DNA of 64,000 nt, taken from assembly GCA_028286825.1 (NCBI GenBank), contig JAQBQV010000011.1, forward strand, positions 12,920 to 76,919. Direction: 5' to 3'. The notes beneath the pieces are model-generated. The model was not told the DNA's origin and did not search any database. It saw nothing but the letters and a program-made list of their open reading frames with translations. Origin of the DNA: Parcubacteria group bacterium. Its GTDB lineage: Bacteria > Patescibacteriota > Minisyncoccia > Phycocordibacterales > Phycocordibacteraceae. The position numbers and the translations under genes are program-made. Shown piece after piece: positions 37,048 through 46,201 of the stretch; position 1 is the stretch's first letter, and every line of letters starts with the position of its first letter.

Positions 37048-37476
37048 ATGGCAACTAAGCGGCGATCAAAATATACCCCAGGCGATTTTAAATTTCGCGT
37101 CGGGCGCTCAGCGAGTGGTAAAGGGCTTTTTACTCTGGATATGATTTCTAAAGGCAGCTGTATTATCGAATACATTGGCAAACCCGTAAGTGAAGAAGTA
37201 GCGAAACGCGACTCAGGCAAATACTTATTTGAACTTTTTCCAGGCAAAACAATCGATGGCAACATCCCACAGAACCTTGCCCGCTACATCAATCACGCTT
37301 GCGCACCCAACTGTGAAGCGCTCGGGCCGCGTAACCGGGTGTTCATCTACTCCCTCAAGAACATCCCTGCCGGCAGTGAACTCACCTACGACTACGGGGA
37401 AGAGTTTTTCAATAAGCATATACAACCACACGGAGGATGTAAGTGCGATACGTGCAGACCTCAACGCCTAGGGTAG
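37048..37476 (+). CDS. SET-domain protein lysine methyltransferase with post-SET Cys
   Basis: GKGLF, RYINHACAPN, ELTYDYG, CKC. Confidence 0.92.
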   Translation: MATKRRSKYTPGDFKFRVGRSASGKGLFTLDMISKGSCIIEYIGKPVSEEVAKRDSGKYLFELFPGKTIDGNIPQNLARYINHACAPNCEALGPRNRVFIYSLKNIPAGSELTYDYGEEFFNKHIQPHGGCKCDTCRPQRLG

Positions 37477-37604
37477 GCTACCAAGGAAACCTTCGCGGCA
37501 GATCTATTTTCTATACTCCGTTCCAACAGTCTCTAACGCTGACACGCGATACAAGGCTTTTGCTATACTAAAGGACGTATTATTGGCATGTAAACTCAAC
37601 CACT

Positions 37605-38021
37605 ATGCAAAGCAAACTCAACCCATATATCAGTTTTAACGGGAATGCGAGAGAAGCTATGGAGTTTTATAAAAGTGTTTTAGGCGGAATGCTTACCACA
37701 AGCACGTTCAAAGAAGGCGGCATGCCCCATGACCCTGCAACTGCAGAGAAGCTCATGCATGCGATGTTAATCACCGAAAACGGTATTACTCTCATGGCAT
37801 CTGACACTCCCCCAGGCATGCCGTATACCCCAGGGACGAATATCGCCATATCGCTTAGCGGTAATAACGAAGATGAGCTGCGCGGATATTGGAACAGTCT
37901 GGCTGACAGCGCACAAATCAGCATGCCTCTCGACAAAGCTCCGTGGGGTGATACTTTCGGAATGTTGACTGACAAATTTGGGATCAGCTGGCTTGTAAAT
38001 ATCTCAGGACAGAAAGGATAG
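37605..38021 (+). CDS. VOC/PhnB family protein
   Basis: PYISFNGNAREAMEFY, WGDTFGMLTDKFGISW. Confidence 0.9.
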   Translation: MQSKLNPYISFNGNAREAMEFYKSVLGGMLTTSTFKEGGMPHDPATAEKLMHAMLITENGITLMASDTPPGMPYTPGTNIAISLSGNNEDELRGYWNSLADSAQISMPLDKAPWGDTFGMLTDKFGISWLVNISGQKG

Positions 38022-38170
38022 GCTTCATACCTTGTCGCTTAATAAACGGGGATACCTCGCTTGCCAGCGCTACTAACCGCTTCATACCCATTTCAAGGTA
38101 TATTTGACATACTTCATTTCGGATGTTCGAAATACAACTGTACCAATCCCCACCTTTCGAGGAGAAACGC

Positions 38171-38740
38171 ATGGCAGCGCAAACTGAAATCAAGACCACA
38201 GGCAAGCCAGTAAACATCATTTCGAAACTCCGCAGAGCCTCCGCGTGGATCGAGGAGTCATCAAAGGACTTGAAGGCCGCCGCTATTAATCGGCGAAGGA
38301 AGCAAGAACGAACTAGAGGGGAGCAGCTTGATAGCGATAAAATTGTTACGCTCGTCGATGAACTCGAAGAGATCCAGCGCAAGTTGAATCCCCTTGAAAA
38401 TCAGCGCGCGAGCTTGGTGGAACAACTTCTCGCTCATTGGGGCCATACAGGGGTTGAGGAGATTGAAGGTGCTCTCGGGAAGACACTTATCTCGACTAGC
38501 TTCGAGCTTGCTGTCGATCCAGATGTAATTGAAAAGAATATTTCAGTGCCCCTGTGGCGGAGACTAAGCGCGCGTACATTGCAGGCGGATCTTTTACTCA
38601 CTGAAAGCAATCGGACCCCAAAGATCCGTGATGCGATACTGAGCGCTCTAGTGATCAATAAGCTAAAGGTCTCAGTCACTTCGCCGAGTTCACGACGTGC
38701 GAAAAGCGGAGAAACTGATGGGGAAAGCGAGGACGAGTAG
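38171..38740 (+). CDS. Hypothetical coiled-coil protein (cassette-like)
   Basis: GAGGAG RBS, TTGACA upstream, family-2 hairpin at 38803. Confidence 0.65.
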   Translation: MAAQTEIKTTGKPVNIISKLRRASAWIEESSKDLKAAAINRRRKQERTRGEQLDSDKIVTLVDELEEIQRKLNPLENQRASLVEQLLAHWGHTGVEEIEGALGKTLISTSFELAVDPDVIEKNISVPLWRRLSARTLQADLLLTESNRTPKIRDAILSALVINKLKVSVTSPSSRRAKSGETDGESEDE

Positions 38741-38958
38741 ATCATCCTTCGTATAAAAAGTACTCACAAAGCGCGGACAGGCCACTCTCGTATGCCTATA
38801 CCCCGCTCGACAGATTTACCGTCTTGTCGGGCGGCTTCATTTTTCTGCTAAACAGCTACACATATTCATCTTTGGCACATACCCATCTATATATACTTAC
38901 TCTTGGAAAGAGACGGTTACTAAGAGAGGTCCTCTCTACCGATCTTTAGGAGAATTAC

Positions 38959-39519
38959 ATGAATGCCGCTGTAACATGGAAAGCCTTGTTTGCTTGCATT
39001 ACAACAGTAGCCCTCGCTGGCTGTTGGAACGATACTATCGGAGAACGGATCGGCGTAGTCACCGACCTGCAACCGAGCAATCGTCTTTTTTGCAAGCACT
39101 GGGAAGTTCAAATATCCCAACCGGTGCCTTCAGGTCCTGCCTATCGATTCTATCTGGAGGACGACAGTCTAATTCCGCAACTACGGAAAGCGCTCGCTGA
39201 TCAGAAAACAGTGAAGATCGGCTATAACCGAGATCCGCTTGCGTGGTGCCACGCCGACAGCGACGGGTTGTATCTTCGAAACATCGATAGTGTGGCGGTA
39301 CCTACCACTCGTCCTGCTGAAACAAAAACGCTTGTTGTTACCCAGAGTTCGAAGTCCGATTCGCTTCAAGAGTTGGTCCGTCAGAACCGAGAACTCATCA
39401 CTGGCCAAAAAGAGATTCTGACAGAGTTACGGACTAAACGCGCCGCGACACACAACAAACCGAAACCAAATGAGCAATACCAACGCATTTCCTTAAAACG
39501 CGACAAAGAAAGATGTTGA
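38959..39519 (+). CDS. Lipoprotein (cassette-like)
   Basis: Lipobox LAGC; AGGAG RBS; downstream hairpin. Confidence 0.7.
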   Translation: MNAAVTWKALFACITTVALAGCWNDTIGERIGVVTDLQPSNRLFCKHWEVQISQPVPSGPAYRFYLEDDSLIPQLRKALADQKTVKIGYNRDPLAWCHADSDGLYLRNIDSVAVPTTRPAETKTLVVTQSSKSDSLQELVRQNRELITGQKEILTELRTKRAATHNKPKPNEQYQRISLKRDKERC

Positions 39520-39574
39520 ACCGTCCGCCGCCAAAAGCCGTCGCCTCATGAGGTGCGCCTCTAGGGCGGCGGTT

Positions 39575-40339
39575 TTAATGTGTCTTAGAGTCTGCTTTGA
39601 GCAGATTAAACGCTTCTTGCACGGTGGTCATGAACTGGGCTGGGAAAATAATTGTTGAGTTCTTTTCTGTAGCGATCTCAGACATTGTCTGGAGCGTACG
39701 CAACTGAAGCGCGACGGGGTGTGCAGAGATGATGTCAGCTGCTTCACCGAGTTTTTGTGCGGCTTGCATCTCTCCTTCTGCGGCAACGATCTTGGCTCGG
39801 CGCTCACGCTCTGCCTCAGCCTCCTTCGCCATTGCGCGCTGCATATTATCGGGAAGTGTGATGTCCTTGATCTCAACGGCAGTCACCTCAGCGCCCCACG
39901 GTTCGGTGTGTGCATCGATCACATTTTTAATCTGCGTATTGATATCGACTGTCTGGGCGAGCAATTGGTCGAGCATGAACTGACCCACGACATTACGCAC
40001 AGTCGTTTGGCTGATCTGGTTGACCGCGCTATATACGTCTTCAATGGCGATAACAGACTTTAGGGGATCTGTGATGTGGTAGTAGGCGACCGCCGCGATA
40101 TCGATCGACACATTGTCTTTCGTGATAATTTTTTGAGATGGAATATTCATCGTGATCGTACGAAGAGTCGTACGCGTCATCTGCTCGAGAATCGGGATCA
40201 AAATGATAAGACCGGGACCCCGCACGCCCGTCACTTTGCCAAGAAAGAACACGACACCGCGGTCGTACTCCTTTACCACCCGGAGCGACAGAGCGAGAAA
40301 AAGGATCACTACGCCCACCGAAATATAGAATATTGTCAT
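39575..40339 (-). CDS. SPFH/band 7 stomatin-like protein
   Basis: [27 protein letters not shown]. Confidence 0.93.
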   Translation of the reverse strand: MTIFYISVGVVILFLALSLRVVKEYDRGVVFFLGKVTGVRGPGLIILIPILEQMTRTTLRTITMNIPSQKIITKDNVSIDIAAVAYYHITDPLKSVIAIEDVYSAVNQISQTTVRNVVGQFMLDQLLAQTVDINTQIKNVIDAHTEPWGAEVTAVEIKDITLPDNMQRAMAKEAEAERERRAKIVAAEGEMQAAQKLGEAADIISAHPVALQLRTLQTMSEIATEKNSTIIFPAQFMTTVQEAFNLLKADSKTH

Positions 40340-40520
40340 ACCGGTATTATATCACTTGAGGAACTTGTGCCTGTGCCACCGCTCTCCTCCTTTACCTCCG
40401 CTACGTACTTTGCAGCAAGAAATACTCAAGAGGCATAGCCCATACACATCTCTGCTACATAGGGTACTGATCTGGCTGAGACTGTAATGCTTCCGCCATC
40501 CCTACGGCACGTAAGCCGAT

Positions 40521-41633
40521 ATGCGACTAGAGGATATAGCGCGGATGCCCGCGCAGACGCATATGCCGCATGAGATACAGCGCTTACAGCGTGAGGCACC
40601 GCGGTACGTGCGTGCCATTATCGAAAAAACAAAAACCTTCCCGAAAGTGAAATCAATAGACGAGCTTGAACCTGGCTCAATCGAGCTCCTTGAAGGTGGC
40701 GTCGCTTCTGCGCTTTATAGCGTGCGCAATTTAGACGAGCTCGTTGTAATCAAACTGCGCAAAGACGGGATTGAAGCCGAACGAGAATCCCTTGAGGCAT
40801 GGGCAAAAGAAGGAGTGCGAATCCCAACAATACGCCACCAAGGAGTGGTCCCAAAGTCACTAGAGAAAGCAAAGATTAAATACTTACTTCTCGACTTTAT
40901 TGTCAACAAAAAAGGCGAGCGCGCGTCTACCGGTGTCGCGTTTTTACGGAAGAATCCAAACCGCGCACGACAGATGGGCCAGGTGCTCGGACGAACACTC
41001 GCACGCATGCACCGAGCTAAATCGAAGCGCTCGTTTGGAGAATTTGCAGACACCGTTGGTAAAAGTAAGACACCAATCCGCACCTGGAATAAATACCTTC
41101 TCGGTTATGTGCGACTTCATCATACCTACCTTCAGCGGCTGGGTATTTCAAGACGACTGCTCAGACAGCTTATGCGCTCAATCGAGAAGATCCGTTTTTC
41201 TTCTCGCGGAATCTATGTTCACGGAGATTACAGCCTACGCAATGTTATGGTGGAGTCTTCAAAGCCTTTGAAAATTGTTGTCTTTGATCCGAATCCGCTC
41301 ATAGGTGATCCCTCGTGGGATATAGCGATCCTCTTTAACAATCGTGATTATCGTCGTAAACGGTATGAATGGGATCCGACGGTACCGCACTATCGGGAAG
41401 CGTATCGCATCGAGGAACGATTCTTTGATGGATTTTGGAAATCATACCGCCTCGCAACCAGGAAGAATATTAGTCTGGATAAAATTCGTATCGCCCAGCT
41501 AATCCAGACGATTATCCACTTACAGGCTGAGGAGCACAAAACGTATCAAAGTAAGGCTATGAACGAGCTTGAAGTACGTGTGCGGCGCGAAGTACTTTTC
41601 GAGCGGTTTGGCAGCTTAGACTTAGATCATTAA
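40521..41633 (+). CDS. Aminoglycoside phosphotransferase-like kinase
   Basis: LARMH, VHGDYSLRN, VFDP, GDPSWDIA. Confidence 0.8.
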   Translation: MRLEDIARMPAQTHMPHEIQRLQREAPRYVRAIIEKTKTFPKVKSIDELEPGSIELLEGGVASALYSVRNLDELVVIKLRKDGIEAERESLEAWAKEGVRIPTIRHQGVVPKSLEKAKIKYLLLDFIVNKKGERASTGVAFLRKNPNRARQMGQVLGRTLARMHRAKSKRSFGEFADTVGKSKTPIRTWNKYLLGYVRLHHTYLQRLGISRRLLRQLMRSIEKIRFSSRGIYVHGDYSLRNVMVESSKPLKIVVFDPNPLIGDPSWDIAILFNNRDYRRKRYEWDPTVPHYREAYRIEERFFDGFWKSYRLATRKNISLDKIRIAQLIQTIIHLQAEEHKTYQSKAMNELEVRVRREVLFERFGSLDLDH

Positions 41634-41647
41634 TTACCCGGAGGTAT

Positions 41648-42184
41648 ATGATGCGCGTTTATTTAGTCAGGCATGCGGAGAGAGCGGATCAGTCTGATCC
41701 TTTGTTCGCAAGTGCAGACGTACCACTTACCGACTACGGCAGACGGCAAGCAGCGCTTCTTGCTGAACGCTTTGCGACGATTCCCATCCAGATCATCTAC
41801 TCAAGCGGCTACGTGCGCACAAGGGAGACAGCTGAGATCATCAACCGCGTGACGCACACCGATATTGAGTACGTGAAGAGCATCGAAGAACTTGGTCATG
41901 ACGAGAAGATGTCGGACGTCTTCAAACGGGCCAATGAGTTTGTACAGTTCCTTACCACCCTTAAAACAGACACGATCCTGGTTTCGGCACATGCAGGGAT
42001 TATCAAAATGATCGTCTTCGCAATGGTCTTCGGGGAGGTACACTTGGGGCCAGCGTTTGACGCATTCAATGAGTCCTTTCATATGGATTACACGGGGATC
42101 ACACTCTGTCGTTATGAAATCCGAGAGAATCGATGGTACACCGTTACCTGGAATGACCTTGGACACTTACCCCCACCAACCTAA
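41648..42184 (+). CDS. Histidine phosphatase family protein
   Basis: LVRHAE, RTRETA, SAHAG, WNDLGHL. Confidence 0.9.
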   Translation: MMRVYLVRHAERADQSDPLFASADVPLTDYGRRQAALLAERFATIPIQIIYSSGYVRTRETAEIINRVTHTDIEYVKSIEELGHDEKMSDVFKRANEFVQFLTTLKTDTILVSAHAGIIKMIVFAMVFGEVHLGPAFDAFNESFHMDYTGITLCRYEIRENRWYTVTWNDLGHLPPPT

Positions 42185-42267
42185 TTTTCTGAACTGTCTT
42201 CAGTACCCGCTTCTCAGCATATCGAGAAGCGGTTTGATATACACCAGTACTTAGTAACTCATAGAAG

Positions 42268-43026
42268 CTACTTCCAGAATCCAAATGAAATAGTCCTTTT
42301 GATTCGTGACCAGCCACCCCGATCCTTTTCCGGTCGTTTTACGGAAGCCAGTTTCTCTTCCATTTCTCGCGACAGCGGCTTCGGCTTCGATAGTGCTTTG
42401 ATTGTTCCATCGGGGTTTCTGTTCGCAGGACGAGTGTCAAGATCGTCGAGATTAACCTCACTCCTGCGTATCGCCTCATCTCGACTAATCGAAGGCATTG
42501 AAACGGTGCCGTCTTTCAACTCGCGTTTATCGGGGTCAAAGTCGGTGCCTACTCCCGCAGTAAGATCTAATCCTGTACCGCCTGTGTTTTCCCTGCCGCG
42601 CGCATAATGCTCAATAACAAGAACGGCATTGGTATACAGTTTTTTGTTCAATAGTTTCCCCTCTTCGGCCTCTTGCGCATTGAGGTCCTTGGCCAACTGA
42701 ATTACATCAACAGTCCCCCGAGTAAGAAGTCGGTCTACTACGGCTAGTTTGTACTTGAGATCAGTAAGTTGCGCCTCTTCTGCATGCACTCCAATAGCTT
42801 TCTGAAAGCGTTTGAGATATTCCTCCTTTTTAAAGAAAAGTGCCCGTCTCAGTTCAAGACTCTCAGGTAATATGATCGTCGCATTCGACTCTGACGGTGT
42901 AGTTGTAGCAATTTCAGCAGCAACTGGTTCCATTTCTGGCTCCTCTGATGTAGCCGTCGTTTCAGAGAACCGCGAGTACTTTCCTGGTTCGTCTTGATCA
43001 ACGATGGGTATACGTTCTGAGCTCAT
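42268..43026 (-). CDS. Hypothetical protein
   Basis: 252 aa charged ORF. Confidence 0.65.
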   Translation of the reverse strand: MSSERIPIVDQDEPGKYSRFSETTATSEEPEMEPVAAEIATTTPSESNATIILPESLELRRALFFKKEEYLKRFQKAIGVHAEEAQLTDLKYKLAVVDRLLTRGTVDVIQLAKDLNAQEAEEGKLLNKKLYTNAVLVIEHYARGRENTGGTGLDLTAGVGTDFDPDKRELKDGTVSMPSISRDEAIRRSEVNLDDLDTRPANRNPDGTIKALSKPKPLSREMEEKLASVKRPEKDRGGWSRIKRTISFGFWK

Positions 43027-43168
43027 GAGTAGTGATTAGTGCCTATAACGCTATAGCGATCAGTATACATGGGCTAACCAGCTTTCCCGGTAATTGACGT
43101 CACACTATTTATATGCTATTCTTTTTTCTTCATGCTGTACTTTCGCAGCATGATTTTTACGGGGAGTA

Positions 43169-43588
43169 GTGCGTATGAAATGTGGTGTAGTCGCGGCAAC
43201 TGCCGCATTGATCTTTTCAGGCGTAACCGCGGCTGAACAGTTTCTTCCAGATGACGTCGATTTGCGGGTTGTCAAAACGGCCCCAAAAGGTTCATTTGGA
43301 CTATCCTTTTGCGGAGAGTATGTGGCTCAAAGTCACGAGGATGGTCCAGGCGGTTCCCCACTTGTCGTGGTAACGATCCTCAAAACGGAGAATGTCGTAC
43401 GCAACAAGAAAAAAGAACTTGCGTACGAGTTCGTATCGATCGCCGTGGATCTGGGCCGCGCTAGTATCGAACCGAACGAGCATGCTGTCACACCTATTGC
43501 GCGCAGGCATGGGAAGTCGCTCATTCTCCAGATGAAGAAGTTCGACGCTGCCGCTGCGCAACCATGCCTCGTCGGCAAAATTACATAG
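43169..43588 (+). CDS. Secreted hypothetical protein (cassette-like)
   Basis: Signal peptide, GGGGAG RBS, TTGACG promoter, own hairpin. Confidence 0.6.
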   Translation: MRMKCGVVAATAALIFSGVTAAEQFLPDDVDLRVVKTAPKGSFGLSFCGEYVAQSHEDGPGGSPLVVVTILKTENVVRNKKKELAYEFVSIAVDLGRASIEPNEHAVTPIARRHGKSLILQMKKFDAAAAQPCLVGKIT

Positions 43589-43705
43589 AACACAACCGTC
43601 CTGAAGCGAACACCGTTCGCACAGGACGGTTTCGCTTTTCCTCAGAGAACCTTCACTATGGCACACAGTATACTGGAGCTAGTATTACTCTACTAAAATA
43701 GACCT

Positions 43706-44056
43706 ATGAAAAAATTTCTAGCTGTATTTCTGGGTTCTGCAGAGGCAATGGATGAGTGGAAGACGCTCGACGAGGCAGTGCGTAAAGAACGCGAGAGGGC
43801 CGGTATGATGGCCTGGGGGGAATGGATGACCGAAAACGCTGAATCAATTGTCGACCAAGGTGCTCCTTTAGGAAAAACGAAGCGTGTAAATAGTAGCGGT
43901 ATAGACGACATTCGTAACGAGCTGGGTGCATATGTGGTCGTGCAAGCCGAGTCACACGAAGAAGCTGCGAAGTTGTTTGTTGGTCATCCGCACTACACGA
44001 TCTTCCCCGGGGATCGCGTCGAGGTGATGGAATGTCTCCCAATGCCAGCAATGTAA
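43706..44056 (+). CDS. YciI/DGPF-like protein
   Basis: YVVVQAESHEEAAKLF..HPH..VEVME. Confidence 0.75.
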   Translation: MKKFLAVFLGSAEAMDEWKTLDEAVRKERERAGMMAWGEWMTENAESIVDQGAPLGKTKRVNSSGIDDIRNELGAYVVVQAESHEEAAKLFVGHPHYTIFPGDRVEVMECLPMPAM

Positions 44057-44076
44057 TAACTTTTAACGCACACCTT

Positions 44077-44502
44077 ATGACAATGAATCCTGTAGTACAT
44101 TTTGAGATGCCGTACGAAGATCAAGCTCGAATGAAAAGATTTTATGAAACTGCCTTTGGTTGGAAAGCAAATGTGCTCGGCCCAGAGATGGGCGATTATG
44201 TCGTGGTCATGACTTCAGAGCATGGCGCGACGGGACCAAAGGAACCCGGTCGAATAGACGGCGGTTTCTTCAAAAAATCGAAGGATACTCAAACTCCTTC
44301 TATTGTGATCGCTGTTGATGATATCCATGAGGCCATGAAAAAAGTAACTGAGACGGGCGGAACCGTGCTTGACGGCAGCACTGGAAACGGCGAGCCCGAC
44401 GAGATTCCTGGCGTTGGTCTCTATGCGGGTATTATCGATACTGAAGGCAATCGCGTTTCGCTTCTCCAGCCCACACCTCGAATGTCGGCGCATCCTGAGT
44501 AA
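44077..44502 (+). CDS. VOC/glyoxalase family protein
   Basis: PVVHFEMP, FYETAFGW, DTEGNRVSL. Confidence 0.9.
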   Translation: MTMNPVVHFEMPYEDQARMKRFYETAFGWKANVLGPEMGDYVVVMTSEHGATGPKEPGRIDGGFFKKSKDTQTPSIVIAVDDIHEAMKKVTETGGTVLDGSTGNGEPDEIPGVGLYAGIIDTEGNRVSLLQPTPRMSAHPE

Positions 44503-44626
44503 CCACAAAGGGATATAACGATGAATTCGGCTTTGCGGGCCGTTATTTATATAGAGAAAGTGCATTTTTTGACCGCTATTGACTCCGGTCTAGATTTGAG
44601 GCAATATCACTATATAACTCTTACCT

Positions 44627-46174
44627 ATGGTTTTAACCTCACTAACTACCAAGATTAAAAGCTGGTTCGGCTCGTTGCGCCACTACGTTCAGAGTACGTG
44701 GAATCGCTATCGCACACTCCCCCGCTGGCTTCAGATTGTCTTAGGACTTGTGGCACTGGCGGTACTTTTCTTTATATTCTCAAGCGCATCCAAGAGCGGT
44801 AATTCAACTAGCGAAGAGGCAACACTCCCAACGGTGGTCGTTTCGCGTATCGATGCACTCACTGGTGGAGGCGGCTCTGTATCAGTAGTGGGCTCGGTGC
44901 GCTCGATTGCTGAGGCTGAAGTCCTCGCTCAGAGCGGCGGTACCGTAACGGCGCTCCACGCACGGCTGGGTGGAGCGATCGGCGCGGGTTCTATCATTGC
45001 CGAGCTCGATAACGCAAGCCAGCGAGCCGCTGTGCTTCAAGCTGAAGGTTCCTATGATGCTGCGCTTGCCGCTCGATCAGGCACCTCAGCTACGGACATT
45101 GCCGCCTCCGCACGCAATACGTATACAACGGCGTACTCAACGAGCGATACCCTTCTCAAGCAGAACATTGATACATTCTTTGGAGCGCCAGGAGGGCTTG
45201 GGCCTCAACTACTAATTGCCCCGAGTCCGTTTGATTTTTCCTACTTCCCTAAGAAGCGCCAGGCTCTCACCGACGCTATGAATGTATGGCGTGAACATCA
45301 GGCAACCGCCTCTTCAAAAGATCCGCAGACTCTTCTAAATGAAGCTGAAACTATTATTCGCCTAGCAACTGCGCTCGGTAATGACCTGTCGCAAGCGGCT
45401 ACTAAAAATGGGACTGATGCTACCGCTGCTCAACTCACCGCCCTTTCGACCGCTCGCGCTGGCTTTACTAGTTTGCAGGCATCGATTACGGCAGCTAAGC
45501 TCGCATACCAAGGCCAAAATACCTCAGCTACAGCGGGGGCTGACGCTTCGGTAAAAATTGCGCTGGGAAGCCTTCGTGCTGCACAGGCTCAGCTCGAAAA
45601 AACGCTCGTGCGTGCGCCGATTTCTGGAACCGTTAACTTCCTCCCGATTCATGTGGGCGATTATGTCGCTCAACTTACCCACGTCGCGACAGTCGCTCAA
45701 AACGGCACACTCGAGATCGTCGCCTATATTTCAGAGGCAACTCGCGCCGCACTAACGGTAGGAGGAAAGGTGACGGTAGAAGACGCTTATCCAGGAATCA
45801 TCACTTCAATCGCCCCTGCCCTTGATCCCATCACGAAGCAGATTGAAATGCATGTCGCACTTACCGGAAAGACGCCACTCGTTAACGGACAGTCTGTTCG
45901 CATTGCACTCCCAAGCGAGACAGCAACACCACTGGTATCAACTACCGGTCCAACCCTACTTCCGCTCACAGCCCTTAAGCTCACCCCATCCTCACGGGTC
46001 GTGTTCTCGGTCGGGAACGACGATCGGCTCGTTTCCCATACAGTAGAGATTAATGATGTGCACGGAGATCGCATTGAAATTAAGACGGCTCTTCCGGCCG
46101 ATCTCGAAATCGTCATAGACGCCCGTGGGCTCTCAGATGGCCAAAAAGTGTCAGTAGCAACATCAACGCCGTAA
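44627..46174 (+). CDS. RND efflux periplasmic adaptor (MFP)
   Basis: TM anchor, biotinyl-lipoyl halves, VRAPISGTV, long hairpin. Confidence 0.88.
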   Translation: MVLTSLTTKIKSWFGSLRHYVQSTWNRYRTLPRWLQIVLGLVALAVLFFIFSSASKSGNSTSEEATLPTVVVSRIDALTGGGGSVSVVGSVRSIAEAEVLAQSGGTVTALHARLGGAIGAGSIIAELDNASQRAAVLQAEGSYDAALAARSGTSATDIAASARNTYTTAYSTSDTLLKQNIDTFFGAPGGLGPQLLIAPSPFDFSYFPKKRQALTDAMNVWREHQATASSKDPQTLLNEAETIIRLATALGNDLSQAATKNGTDATAAQLTALSTARAGFTSLQASITAAKLAYQGQNTSATAGADASVKIALGSLRAAQAQLEKTLVRAPISGTVNFLPIHVGDYVAQLTHVATVAQNGTLEIVAYISEATRAALTVGGKVTVEDAYPGIITSIAPALDPITKQIEMHVALTGKTPLVNGQSVRIALPSETATPLVSTTGPTLLPLTALKLTPSSRVVFSVGNDDRLVSHTVEINDVHGDRIEIKTALPADLEIVIDARGLSDGQKVSVATSTP

Positions 46175-46201
46175 TCATTTAGAGGAATTAACCATCCGTC
46201 T

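Noticed and set aside
17256-39519. Diversity-generating retroelement or retron
   Set aside because: No reverse transcriptase ORF and no adenine-specific TR/VR pair seen.
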